Shown: positions 26,374 through 35,656, numbered from the stretch's first letter. The stretch: DNA of 64,000 nt from Dehalococcoidia bacterium (GCA_965116305.1 OZ220673.1:547362-611361); one strand, 5' to 3'. Translations and numbers: made by a program. Notes: a model not told the origin generated them from the letters alone.

Positions 26374-27654
26374 TTATCGGACGAACTTCGCGTGCACTTC
26401 CTCAAGTAGTTCGTCAATCGTGCCGCGGTTGGCTTCGAAACCATTCACCATGTCGATGACGATCTGCTGAGCGGTGGCCCCGTCCGTGAACAGGTTCTTG
26501 ATGCCGGTGAAGCCCTGCATGGAGGCGGCGAAATCCTCGTCCGCCATCGCCGCCGCGAGCGCGTCGCGCAGAGTCTGCGTTACCTCCGGAGCCATCCCCG
26601 GCGGGCCGATGATGTTCTTGGCGATGACAGACCGGGGCCGCATGGCGAGCCACAGTTCCAGGTCCTCGCCTTCAAGGTACGTGTCGGCAACGTTCGGGCA
26701 GTGGAAGTCGGCTTCGCCGTTATGCCCCAGGTCGAACCCGGGCACCGACAGGTCGGCGAACGGGCGGAGGAAGCCGTCCCTCGTCCATCCCGGACGTGTG
26801 ATGGGGTACTGGTCCCAGATCGTTCCTGTAACCCAGGAGTTCACGTCCCCGCGCTCAATCATCACGTACTGTTCGGCCGAGCCCGCTGCAGAGACGTTCC
26901 GGATCTCCAGCGGGATGTTGTACTTGAGAGCAAGCCAGCCGATGGAGACATTGGAACTGAGGTCGGCGGGCGTGGGAGCACTGATACCTACGGTCAGTGC
27001 GGGCCCGGGCGAGTCAAAGGCAGTATCCATGCAGTCGTAGGGCAACGTACCCCGGATAACCCAGGCGCCCTCACCGCCTGAGGTGACGCCGATCATGGTT
27101 GACTCACGCACGTCGAACTGCGCCTGAGGTGTGAACGTGTCCGCAACACCGGGCGTCGCCTCGATAGCGAGTGTCAGACCGTCCGGTTTCGAATTCCAGA
27201 CGAAGTTCCGTTCCACCACTACCGGCGTCAGGTTCCGGACGACGATGCGAGGGTTGCCGGGGATGAACTTCGGCCACGCGCGGGACATGAAGCGCGCCTG
27301 CGCGTCTGTGCCGCCGCCGGGGTTGAAGCCGACCATCAAGCTGATGGTCTTGCCCTCGAAGTATGCCTCGGCGTCGAAACCGGGGTCGACGGGCAACGGG
27401 GTTGCCGTCGGGCGTGCCGTGGGAGTCGGGGTTGCCGGCGCCGCAGTAACACCTTCCGGCAAGGGAGTCGGTGTTGCCTCTTCTGTCATCATCGCCGTCG
27501 GAGTGGGCTCCGCTTCCATCATCGCCGTCGGCGTCGGCGTCGCTGCAGGGCGGGGAGTCGCCGTAGGCTCTTCGCCGCCACAGGCAGCAAGTATCAGGGA
27601 GAGCATCAGGCCGAGGGCTCCGATGACTCCGATCTTCCCGGACATCTTCACCAT
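26374..27654 (-). CDS. TctC/Bug-family substrate-binding lipoprotein, paralogue 1
   Basis: Lipobox LILAAC, PT/Met-rich linker, then FDAEAYFEGKTISLMVGFNPGGGTDAQARFMSRAW..IPGNPRIVVRNLTP (Bug/TctC-like PGGGTD core). Confidence 0.82.
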   Translation of the reverse strand: MVKMSGKIGVIGALGLMLSLILAACGGEEPTATPRPAATPTPTAMMEAEPTPTAMMTEEATPTPLPEGVTAAPATPTPTARPTATPLPVDPGFDAEAYFEGKTISLMVGFNPGGGTDAQARFMSRAWPKFIPGNPRIVVRNLTPVVVERNFVWNSKPDGLTLAIEATPGVADTFTPQAQFDVRESTMIGVTSGGEGAWVIRGTLPYDCMDTAFDSPGPALTVGISAPTPADLSSNVSIGWLALKYNIPLEIRNVSAAGSAEQYVMIERGDVNSWVTGTIWDQYPITRPGWTRDGFLRPFADLSVPGFDLGHNGEADFHCPNVADTYLEGEDLELWLAMRPRSVIAKNIIGPPGMAPEVTQTLRDALAAAMADEDFAASMQGFTGIKNLFTDGATAQQIVIDMVNGFEANRGTIDELLEEVHAKFVR

Positions 27655-27727
27655 CCGAAACCTCCATATCGTCTGAGAACGACTATATGTAATGAGCCTC
27701 CGGGAATGCCCCGCAGGCCGATGTAAA

Positions 27728-27757
27728 ACCCTATCGGTCAGATGGGAGTGTTGTCAA
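27728..27757 (-). promoter_or_regulatory. sigma-70-type promoter TTGACA-N18-TAGGGT for paralogue 1
   Basis: Minus strand reads TTGACAacactcccatctgaccgaTAGGGT. The same architecture lies upstream of the other two paralogues. Confidence 0.45.
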
Positions 27758-27804
27758 TCGGAGGCGTCGTAGGTCCAGGGAAGTGAGCCTGGCGCAGGGA
27801 ACAG

Positions 27805-27835
27805 GAGAGGCCTGCCGCTATCCGGCAGGCCTCTC
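27805..27835 (-). terminator. hairpin downstream of paralogue 2 (12-bp GC-rich stem)
   Basis: gagaggcctgcc-gctatcc-ggcaggcctctc. No clear U-tract. Confidence 0.5.
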
Positions 27836-27859
27836 TCTCAGACGTTCTGTACGGTCGCC

Positions 27860-29146
27860 CTAGCGCACGTATTTGTCGAACACGAAGTCCGTCACTTCGT
27901 TGATCCTGTCCGAGTTAGCGATGAACGAGTTGACCGTGTCGGCTAGCTCCTGCTGCGCGACGTCGCCGTGCGTGAAAGAGTTCTTGATACCGGTGAACGC
28001 CTGCATCTTGGAAGCGAACTCCTCGTTCGCCATGGCATCAGCGAGTGCCTTGCGGAGCACCGCGGTTACCTCGTTCGGGATGCCGTTCGGTCCGATGATG
28101 TTCTTGGATGCGTATACCTGGGGCCCGCGCATAGCGACCCACAGGTCGAGGTCCTCGCCCTCCAGGTACTCGTCCGCAACGTTGGGGCAGTGGAAGTCGG
28201 CCTCTCCATTGTGGCCGAGGTCGAAGCCCGGGAAGGAGAGGTCCGCGAACGGACGGATGAAGCCGCTGCCCGTCCAGCCGGGACGTGTTCGCGGGTACTG
28301 GTCCCAGATCGTGCCGGAAACCCAGGAGTTCACGTCGCCGCGCTCGATCATCACGTACTGCTCAGCTGAGCCGGCAGCGGAGACGTTCCGGATCTCGAAC
28401 GGAACGTTCAGCTTGTCAGCGAGCCAGCCCACGGCCACCATGGAACCGAGGTCCGCAGGCGTCGGTGCGCTCGTGCCGACTGTCAGTTCCGGCTCGGTCG
28501 ACCCGAACGCGGAGTCGATGCAGTCGTATGGCAGCGTGCCGCGAATGACCCACAGCCCCTCCTTACCGGAGGTGACGCCGATCATCGTTACCTCCCGCAT
28601 GTCGAATTGGGCCTGGGGGGTGAACATGTCGAATATGCCTGCTGTCGCTTCTATCGCGAGCGTCAGGCCGTCCGGTTTGGAGTTCCAGACGAAGTTGCGC
28701 TCTACCACGACCGGCGTCAGGTTCCTGACCACGATGCGGGGGTTGCCGGGGATGAACTGCGGCCAGGCGCGGGACATGTAGCGCGCCTGCGCATCGGTGC
28801 CGCCGCCGGGGTTGAAACCAACCATCAGGCTGATGGTCTTACCCGCGAAGTAGGCCTCAGCGTCGAAGCCGGGGTCAACCGGCAACGGCGTTGCGGTGGG
28901 GCGCGGGACAGGTGTTGGGGTCGGGGCAGGGCTTGTGGTGTCGCCGGTGGGTTGCGGGGTCGGCGTGGCCTGTGCCTCCATCATCGCTGTGGGCGTTGGC
29001 TCTGCTGCCATCGCTGCCGTTGGTGTCGGGGTCGCAGCCGGACGCGGCGTGGGCGTCGGGTCTTCGCCGCCACACGCGGCGAACAGTGCGGAGAGAACGA
29101 GGGTTGCGGCCACGATCGCTCCGATTTTCCTGAACGTGTTCAGCAT
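27860..29146 (-). CDS. TctC/Bug-family substrate-binding lipoprotein, paralogue 2
   Basis: MLNTFRKIGAIVAATLVLSALFAAC lipobox with GGGGAGG SD before ATG 29146. Long stretches are identical to paralogues 1 and 3. Confidence 0.82.
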   Translation of the reverse strand: MLNTFRKIGAIVAATLVLSALFAACGGEDPTPTPRPAATPTPTAAMAAEPTPTAMMEAQATPTPQPTGDTTSPAPTPTPVPRPTATPLPVDPGFDAEAYFAGKTISLMVGFNPGGGTDAQARYMSRAWPQFIPGNPRIVVRNLTPVVVERNFVWNSKPDGLTLAIEATAGIFDMFTPQAQFDMREVTMIGVTSGKEGLWVIRGTLPYDCIDSAFGSTEPELTVGTSAPTPADLGSMVAVGWLADKLNVPFEIRNVSAAGSAEQYVMIERGDVNSWVSGTIWDQYPRTRPGWTGSGFIRPFADLSFPGFDLGHNGEADFHCPNVADEYLEGEDLDLWVAMRGPQVYASKNIIGPNGIPNEVTAVLRKALADAMANEEFASKMQAFTGIKNSFTHGDVAQQELADTVNSFIANSDRINEVTDFVFDKYVR

Positions 29147-29223
29147 CCCGATAACCTCCCCGTGGTACTGCGTACGCTGGCAACACAAACACGCCTTGTG
29201 AGCGTGTGCTCGCAGGCGTGCGC

Positions 29224-29252
29224 ACCCTATCGGCTCATTGCAGGCGTGTCAA
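29224..29252 (-). promoter_or_regulatory. sigma-70-type promoter TTGACA-N17-TAGGGT for paralogue 2
   Basis: Minus strand reads TTGACAcgcctgcaatgagccgaTAGGGT. Confidence 0.45.
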
Positions 29253-29264
29253 CGCCAATTGCAA

Positions 29265-29293
29265 GGCCCACCCCGCATATCGCGGGGTGGGCC
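29265..29293 (-). terminator. intrinsic-terminator-like hairpin downstream of paralogue 3
   Basis: ggcccaccccgc-atatc-gcggggtgggcc, followed on the minus strand by TTGCAATT. Confidence 0.55.
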
Positions 29294-29318
29294 AGCTCGT
29301 ACGCCCAGGAGTTATCGG

Positions 29319-30611
29319 TTACTTGACGTACTTCTCGAACGCGATCGCTTGGATCTCTGCGATCAGGTCGAGGTTGCTCAGGAACTGCTCAGTAGTGTCG
29401 TGGAGCTCCTGCTGAGCGGTTGCGCCGTCCGTGAAGTTGTTCGGGATGCCCGTGAACTTCGTCATGTTCGTTGCGAACTCTTCGTCGTTCATCGCCGCGG
29501 TGAGCGCGTCACGCAATGCCTGCAACGGACCGGCCGGGATGCCGGGCGGGCCGATGATGTTCTTCGAGGCGTAGGTGCGCGGACCGGTGATGGCGATCCA
29601 TTCCTGAAGCATCTCGTCCGAGTCGAAGAAGCTCTCTGCCTTGGGGCAGTCGTACGGCCCCTCTGCATTCGACCCCAACTCATAGCCGGGGAACGAGAGG
29701 TCCACGAACGGGCGCAGGAAGCCGTCCCTGATCCAGCCGGGCCGCGTGATGGGCAACTGGGCCCAGACGGTGGAGGATGTCCATGAGTTTACGTCGCCGC
29801 GCTCCAGCATGAGGTACTGCTCTGCAGACCCTGCTGCCGCAACGTTTCGTATCTCAAGCGGGATGTTGTAGTGGTCCGCGAACCATGGGATGGATACCAG
29901 CGAGCCAAGGTCAGCGGGAGTGGGAACACTGGAGCCTATGGTGAGCACCGGACCGGTCGCGTTGAATGCGGAATCGACACAGTCGTAGGGCAGGTTGCCA
30001 CGGATCATCCAGAACTGGTCCTTGCCGGAGGTCACACCGATCATGGAGACCTCCCGCATGTCGTACTGGGCCGCCGGGGTGACTTGGTCAAAGATGCCGG
30101 CTGTCGCTTCGACGGAGATCGTCAGTCCGTCCGGCTTGGCGTTCCAGACGAAGTTCCGCTGCACGACGTTCGGCGTCAGGTTTCTGACAACGATACGCGG
30201 GTTGCCGGGGATGTACTCCGACCATGCACGGGACATGAACCGTGCCTGGGCGTCGGTACCGCCGCCGGGGTTGAAGCCGACCATCATGCTGATGGTCTTG
30301 CCCGAGAAGTACGCCTCGGCGTCGAACCCGGGGTCGACCGGCAATGGCGTAGCAGTCGGGCGGGGTGCCGGCGTCGGGGTCGGGGCAGGGCCGGTGTCGC
30401 CGCTGGCGGCTGGCGTTGGGGTTGGCTCGTCAGCCATCATCGCCGGCGTTGGGGTTGGCTCGTCAGCCATCATCGCCGCCGTTGGCGTGGGCGTCGCAGC
30501 CGGGCGCGGGGTGGCCGTCGGCTCCTCTTCGCCGCCACAGGCAGCGAGGACGATCGAGAGCACCAAGCTCAACGCCGCCAAGGCCGCAAACATCTGAATC
30601 TTCTTTGCCAT
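29319..30611 (-). CDS. TctC/Bug-family substrate-binding lipoprotein, paralogue 3
   Basis: MAKKIQMFAALAALSLVLSIVLAAC lipobox with GGGAGG SD before ATG 30611. Same core as paralogues 1 and 2. Confidence 0.82.
   Translation of the reverse strand: MAKKIQMFAALAALSLVLSIVLAACGGEEEPTATPRPAATPTPTAAMMADEPTPTPAMMADEPTPTPAASGDTGPAPTPTPAPRPTATPLPVDPGFDAEAYFSGKTISMMVGFNPGGGTDAQARFMSRAWSEYIPGNPRIVVRNLTPNVVQRNFVWNAKPDGLTISVEATAGIFDQVTPAAQYDMREVSMIGVTSGKDQFWMIRGNLPYDCVDSAFNATGPVLTIGSSVPTPADLGSLVSIPWFADHYNIPLEIRNVAAAGSAEQYLMLERGDVNSWTSSTVWAQLPITRPGWIRDGFLRPFVDLSFPGYELGSNAEGPYDCPKAESFFDSDEMLQEWIAITGPRTYASKNIIGPPGIPAGPLQALRDALTAAMNDEEFATNMTKFTGIPNNFTDGATAQQELHDTTEQFLSNLDLIAEIQAIAFEKYVK
30412..30478. repeat. 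perfect 2 x 33-bp tandem repeat inside the linker-coding region of paralogue 3
   Basis: gcgttggggttggctcgtcagccatcatcgccg occurs twice back to back, verified against the frame of track ORF 30365-30679. It encodes AMMADEPTPTP twice on the minus strand. Confidence 0.9.
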
Positions 30612-30687
30612 GCGAGAAACCTCCCTGCATCTGTCGCCGTGCCTCGCTGACACGACGACTAATGACCTTTGGCAGATAGCCTGCGTA

Positions 30688-30717
30688 ACGCTATCTGTCC
30701 GGTGTAGGTGCTGTCAA
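30688..30717 (-). promoter_or_regulatory. sigma-70-type promoter TTGACA-N18-TAGCGT for paralogue 3
   Basis: Minus strand reads TTGACAgcacctacaccggacagaTAGCGT. It overlaps the inverted repeat cagatagc/gctatctg (possible operator). Confidence 0.45.
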
Positions 30718-30797
30718 TCGTTGACGCAGAATTCGCCGGCCAAGTGGGGACACTTGCTGCGAAGCGGGTTGGCGTACGTGGCGATTGTGCGCTGCGC

Positions 30798-30806
30798 TGC
30801 TAGAAT
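30798..30806 (+). promoter_or_regulatory. extended -10 element TGcTAGAAT placed for a leaderless transcript
   Basis: The -10 hexamer ends at 30806 and the ATG of the next ORF is at 30813, 7 nt downstream, so there is no room for an SD. Confidence 0.4.
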
Positions 30807-30812
30807 CGGCGC

Positions 30813-31166
30813 ATGGTCTACAGGCAGGGCATGAACCGCGCGAAGCTCCGTGAAGGCTCCGGCAAGGGCGTCGAGGTTGCCGACGAGCACTTCCATGAAG
30901 TCGCTGGTTCCAAGGACTTCTACGTCTACGTGACCCCCAACCGCAAGGCAAAGGGCTACGAGGCGTTGCGTGACTGGCTCCGTGAGCAGGGGTACGCCGT
31001 CACAGTCTCTGACGACGCTCCTCTGCTGCCTGCAAAGGGTTACAAGGCGATAAAGGTCACCACGGCCACCGGCGTGCTCTCCGACGAGGCAGTGCGGCGC
31101 GCGCACCGCTGGGCCCACCAGCGCAACTTCCTGCACAGCTTCTTCAAACCGCTGCGAGGCGCATGA
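30813..31166 (+). CDS. hypothetical protein (117 aa), translationally coupled to polA
   Basis: GC3-rich codon usage. Its stop overlaps the polA start (ATGA at 31163-31166). No family recognised. Confidence 0.55.
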   Translation: MVYRQGMNRAKLREGSGKGVEVADEHFHEVAGSKDFYVYVTPNRKAKGYEALRDWLREQGYAVTVSDDAPLLPAKGYKAIKVTTATGVLSDEAVRRAHRWAHQRNFLHSFFKPLRGA

Positions 31167-33991
31167 CCATGGTCCGCAGGTCTCCTCCGGCAGGCGCCCC
31201 CTCCCTGTTCGGCGAACCCGCGCCGGAAGCCGCATCTCCAGCCCAACGAGAAGAGCCCCTGCTGTTGTTGATGGACGGCCACGCGATGGTCTTCCGTGCG
31301 TGGTTCGCGCTCCGGCAGGCGCAACCGCTCACCATCCGCGCGACCGGCGAGGACGTGCGGGGCGTCTACTCCTTCACCACCACATTCTTCAAGACCCTTG
31401 CCGACCACAGGCCCACGCACGTCGCCATCGCGTTCGATACGCCGGAGCGCACGTTCCGCGATGAACTGTACGCGGACTACAAGGCAACCCGTCCCCCCAT
31501 CCCACCCGAACTCACGCAGAACGTCGAGCGCGTGAAGCAGGTGATGAATGCGTTTCGAATCCCCGTCCTCGAATCGCCCGGCTACGAGGCCGACGACGTG
31601 CTCGGCACGATCGCGGCCTGGAGCACCGAGCATGGCGTGGACACGCTCATCGCCACCGGCGACACCGACACACTGCAGCTCGTCTCGCCGCACGTCCGGG
31701 TCCTGCTCACTACCGGATTCGGCGATACGCGCATCTACGACGAGGATGCCGTACGCGAGCGCTACGGCGGACTCGAACCCGCCCAGCAGCGCGACGTGAA
31801 GGCACTCACCGGCGATACGTCCGACAATATCCCCGGTGTTCCCGGCATCGGGCAGAAGACGGCGGTGAAACTCATCAGCGAGTTCGGCAGTGCCGAGTCG
31901 CTCGTCGAGCGCGTGGACGAGGTGACGCCGCCCCGCATCCAGGGTCTCGTGCGCGAGCACACGGAGCAATTGCTCAAGAGCAAGCACCTCGTGACCATCG
32001 AGACCGCAGCGCCGACGGAGTTCGATTTCGACACCGCAGCGTTCGGCGGCTTCTCCCGCGACGAGGTGTTGGACGTGTTCCGTGAGCTGGAGTTCAGCAG
32101 CCTCGTCGCGCGTATACCGTCGCCCCCCGGCGAGCAGCAGCCCGCAGCAAGCGACGCTCCCGTCGAACCGCAATCGATGTTCGAGGCGGACGCGCGGGCG
32201 ACCATCGTCGATACGCCTGCAGCACTCGATGCGCTCGTTGAACGATTGCGCGACGCGGACACGCTCGTCGTCGAGGCGCATGCGGCCGTTCCTCGAGCGA
32301 TGGAATCCGAACTCGTTGGGCTGGCATTCGCCGTCGATGAGAGTGAGGGCTTCTACGTGCCCGTAGGCCATGCGGAGGGAGCACATCTGTCTGTTGACGA
32401 GGCGCTGCCCGCGCTGCTGCCGGTGCTCACGAGCAAACCCCTCTCCGGGCACAACCTCAACTTCACACTGACGCTGCTGTCCAACTACGGGCTGTCGCCG
32501 ACCGCAGTGAGCGTCGCGTTCGACACGATGCTCGCGGCGCATCTCACCGGCGAGAAGGCGCTGTCGCTCAAACCGCTCGCATTCAACCGGCTCAACGTCG
32601 AACTGCAGGCGCTGACTGACCTGACCGGCACGGGACGCAAGCAGATCACGTTCGATGCCGTCCCGGTGACAGAGGCCGGGGGGTACGCTGCGACCGCCGC
32701 TGCAGTGACGCTGCAACTGCAGCGCGCGCTCGCCGAGGACATGGAGCGCGATGGTCTCACGACCTACCACGATCAGCATGCCATGCCGCTCGTGCCTGTG
32801 CTCGCGCGTATGCAGACCCATGGCATCGCCATCGACGAGAGTGTGCTTGCCGAACTGAATGAAGAGATCGCGGGCGAGATAGAGATAGAGGAGCGCGACG
32901 CCTACGAAGCCGTGGGACACGAGTTCAACATCAACTCGCCGTCCCAACTCGGGGACCTGCTCTTCAAGGAGCTCAAACTGCCGTCGGGCCGCAGGACGCA
33001 AACGGGCTACTCGACCGACGCGTCGATCCTGGAGAACCTGCGCGACCATCACCCCGTGATCGGCCACGTCCTGCGGTACCGGGAACTGACCAAGTTGAAG
33101 TCCACCTACGTGGACACACTCCCACAGCAGGTGAACCCGCGCACGGGCCGCATCCACACGACCTACAACCAGGCAGGCTCCGCCACCGGCAGGCTCGCCA
33201 GCGCCGACCCCAACCTGCAGAACATCCCCATCCGCACGCCGCTCGGCCTGCGCGTCAGGGAGGCGTTCATCGCGGAGCAACGCCCCGAGTGGATGCTGCT
33301 CAGTGCCGACTACTCGCAGATAGACCTGCGCGTGCTTGCGCATCTCTCACAGGACCCGGCGCTCATGGCTGCGTTCGAGCGTGGGGAGGACATCCACTCA
33401 TCTACCGCGTCGCTCATCTACGGCGTACCGCTCGACGAGGTGAACAGGGACATGCGGCGCCTCGCCAAGGTGATGAACTTTGGCGTCGCCTACGGGCTGA
33501 GCGCTTTCGGCATATCCCAGCAGACCGAGCTCACCCGCGAAGAAGGCGCTGCATTCATCGAGTCGTACTTCGGCACCTACCCGACGGTGAAATCCTTCCT
33601 CGACGACACCGTCGAACGTGCGAAGGCGGATGGCTACGCGGAGACGCTCCTGGGACGCCGGCGTTACATCCCCGAGTTGCGCTCGCCGCACTACCCGGTG
33701 CGCCAGGCGGGCGAGCGCATCGCGCTCAACATGCCGGTGCAGGGCACGTCCGCCGACGTCATCAACGAGGCGATGGTCACCATCCAGCGCCGCCTCGAAG
33801 AGGACGGCTTCCGCAGCAGGATGCTGTTGCAGGTGCACGACGAGCTCTTGTTCGAGTTGCCTGTGGAGGAGGAGGAGGAGCTCGTCGCGATGTTGCAGGA
33901 CGTGATGCCGAACGCGCTGGAGATGAGCGTACCGGTGCAGATAGACGTCAAGACCGGGCCTACCTGGGCGTCGATGACCTACGCGGAGTGA
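31163..33991 (+). CDS. polA: DNA polymerase I
   Basis: 942 aa. 5'-nuclease N-terminus (LLLMDGHAMVFRAWFAL; GDTSDNIPGVPGIGQKTA), motif A DYSQIDLRVLAH, motif B RR.AK..NFG..YG and motif C LLQVHDELLFE. Confidence 0.97.
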   Translation: MTMVRRSPPAGAPSLFGEPAPEAASPAQREEPLLLLMDGHAMVFRAWFALRQAQPLTIRATGEDVRGVYSFTTTFFKTLADHRPTHVAIAFDTPERTFRDELYADYKATRPPIPPELTQNVERVKQVMNAFRIPVLESPGYEADDVLGTIAAWSTEHGVDTLIATGDTDTLQLVSPHVRVLLTTGFGDTRIYDEDAVRERYGGLEPAQQRDVKALTGDTSDNIPGVPGIGQKTAVKLISEFGSAESLVERVDEVTPPRIQGLVREHTEQLLKSKHLVTIETAAPTEFDFDTAAFGGFSRDEVLDVFRELEFSSLVARIPSPPGEQQPAASDAPVEPQSMFEADARATIVDTPAALDALVERLRDADTLVVEAHAAVPRAMESELVGLAFAVDESEGFYVPVGHAEGAHLSVDEALPALLPVLTSKPLSGHNLNFTLTLLSNYGLSPTAVSVAFDTMLAAHLTGEKALSLKPLAFNRLNVELQALTDLTGTGRKQITFDAVPVTEAGGYAATAAAVTLQLQRALAEDMERDGLTTYHDQHAMPLVPVLARMQTHGIAIDESVLAELNEEIAGEIEIEERDAYEAVGHEFNINSPSQLGDLLFKELKLPSGRRTQTGYSTDASILENLRDHHPVIGHVLRYRELTKLKSTYVDTLPQQVNPRTGRIHTTYNQAGSATGRLASADPNLQNIPIRTPLGLRVREAFIAEQRPEWMLLSADYSQIDLRVLAHLSQDPALMAAFERGEDIHSSTASLIYGVPLDEVNRDMRRLAKVMNFGVAYGLSAFGISQQTELTREEGAAFIESYFGTYPTVKSFLDDTVERAKADGYAETLLGRRRYIPELRSPHYPVRQAGERIALNMPVQGTSADVINEAMVTIQRRLEEDGFRSRMLLQVHDELLFELPVEEEEELVAMLQDVMPNALEMSVPVQIDVKTGPTWASMTYAE

Positions 33992-34006
33992 CAGGCTGCA
34001 GCAGTT

Positions 34007-34813
34007 TCAGCTGCGGAGGTCCCCCTGGGGCGGGGTCTCCTCCGCGAGAGCGGCTATCTGCTCCTCGAGGGCCTGCACGGTGGCGAAGTCCTCCTCCAGC
34101 AGTTTGTAACAGCGCTCCACGTACAGCTGTGCGAGCCGTGCTCCCGCGTCGGAGGAATCCCTTGCTGCCCGGCGCACGCGCTCGCCCCAGAAGCGCTCGG
34201 GCAGGGCTTGTCCCAATGCATGCAGCGAGACGTTGGTCTCCTCCACGAGGCCATCGTCCTGCGACTCGAGCGCGAACCGCATCGTCCCGACCAGCTTCGA
34301 TAGCTCCGCGAGGCGGTCGCGGTCGCTCATCAGTCCGTAGACCACCTGCTGCACGCTGCCGCCCGGGTCTCCCGGCTCGCTGGGCAATGAGCGTTCCGGG
34401 GCAGACGGCGCAGGTTGGGGGTTGGCATCGAGGTAGCGCTGGTAGAGCGCTTCGTATTCATGCACGGCTTCGGTGGCCTGCCGCATCGCGGCCTGCAGGT
34501 CGCCCAGCACCATGTCGCCCCCCCAGACGAAGTCGTCGCCACGCAGCTCCGCCAGGTGGCGCAGCGGTTCGATCGACTCCACCTCTTCAGGGATGGGCGG
34601 CGCAGCGAAACTGCCGCCCCCATCGCCGATCATCTCGCTCGCGAGTCCGCCCAACTGCGCCGCGAGCATGGGCGGCAGGTACTTGCTCATGTCCATCTTT
34701 ACGGGCAAGAGGACGACGTACGTCGCCAGCAACCCGGCTTGCGGGTTACCGAAGTAGAGCAGCGCATGCCCCTTCGGGCGGGACTCGTCGCCAATCTCGA
34801 ACGTAAGGGACAC
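34007..34813 (-). CDS. conserved hypothetical protein
   Basis: 268 aa from a GTG preceded by AAGGAGGA (VSLTFEIGDESRPKGHALLYFG...). The upstream part of track ORF 34007-35020 is Cys/Arg-rich and non-coding-like. Confidence 0.55.
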   Translation of the reverse strand: MSLTFEIGDESRPKGHALLYFGNPQAGLLATYVVLLPVKMDMSKYLPPMLAAQLGGLASEMIGDGGGSFAAPPIPEEVESIEPLRHLAELRGDDFVWGGDMVLGDLQAAMRQATEAVHEYEALYQRYLDANPQPAPSAPERSLPSEPGDPGGSVQQVVYGLMSDRDRLAELSKLVGTMRFALESQDDGLVEETNVSLHALGQALPERFWGERVRRAARDSSDAGARLAQLYVERCYKLLEEDFATVQALEEQIAALAEETPPQGDLRS

Positions 34814-35044
34814 TGACTTCCTCCTTGCCTGCGAGAGGTTACAGGTTCTCGCGAACCCGTGCGAACACTCCTGCGCGCCATGAGCGCATTGACCGTCCGC
34901 GCAGGAACGGCAAGAATCGCCGCCATCAAGGCTGCGGCTGAGGCGCTTTAGGCAACCTGTCTCCTTGACAGTCCTCATGCGCCGTTCGTAGCCTCCTACC
35001 CGCGTCAGGCGAGCGAACATGAGCGTAGTGCGGACCTTGGTCGA

Positions 35045-35656
35045 ATGAACAACGAACCCCCCCAGGTGGATGTCCGGCCCACCAAGCTACGCCAGACGTT
35101 CAGATGGACAGTGCAGACGCTGGCCCTCTTCGCCGTCTGGTTCGCGTTCTCCGGCCACACCGAGATCGAGTTCCTCATCATGGGCGCGGTCGCCGCAGTG
35201 GCCGGGACTGCGCTTACCCACTGGCTGTTCGCAGGCGACCAGGAAGCGCGTTTCAGGCATAAGCCATACCCGCCCTCGTGGTTCATCCCAGCCGTGTTCC
35301 GTACCGTCCTCTACGCGCCGTGGCTGCTGTGGGAGATCGCGCTCTCCAACCTGCACGTCGCCTACCTCGTGCTGCATCCCCGGCTGCCGGTGGAACCGAG
35401 CCTCGTGGAGTTCGAGACGTCTCTGCAGTCGGAAACTGCGCAGGTGCTACTTGCACAGTCCATCACTCTCACGCCCGGCACGGTAACGGTGGACGTTTCG
35501 AACGGGACGTTCATGGTGCACTGCCTCTCTGCCAAGAGCAGGCAGGGTATGGAAGAGGGAAACATCCAGCGCAAGGTGGCCGGGATATTCGCCGAGGAAG
35601 CGCCGGAGAGCGTGGCATTGACGGACGTGGTGGACGTGGAGCAGGTGCTGCCGTGA
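35045..35656 (+). CDS. mnhE: Na+/H+ antiporter subunit E (MrpE/MnhE; MbhA-like)
   Basis: 203 aa with AQSITLTPGTVTVDV, the MnhE signature. Confidence 0.85.
   Translation: MNNEPPQVDVRPTKLRQTFRWTVQTLALFAVWFAFSGHTEIEFLIMGAVAAVAGTALTHWLFAGDQEARFRHKPYPPSWFIPAVFRTVLYAPWLLWEIALSNLHVAYLVLHPRLPVEPSLVEFETSLQSETAQVLLAQSITLTPGTVTVDVSNGTFMVHCLSAKSRQGMEEGNIQRKVAGIFAEEAPESVALTDVVDVEQVLP

Noticed and set aside
31040-33343. 767-aa ORF on the minus strand
   Set aside because: It is antisense to polA, which has all the polymerase I motifs, and its translation shows no motifs.
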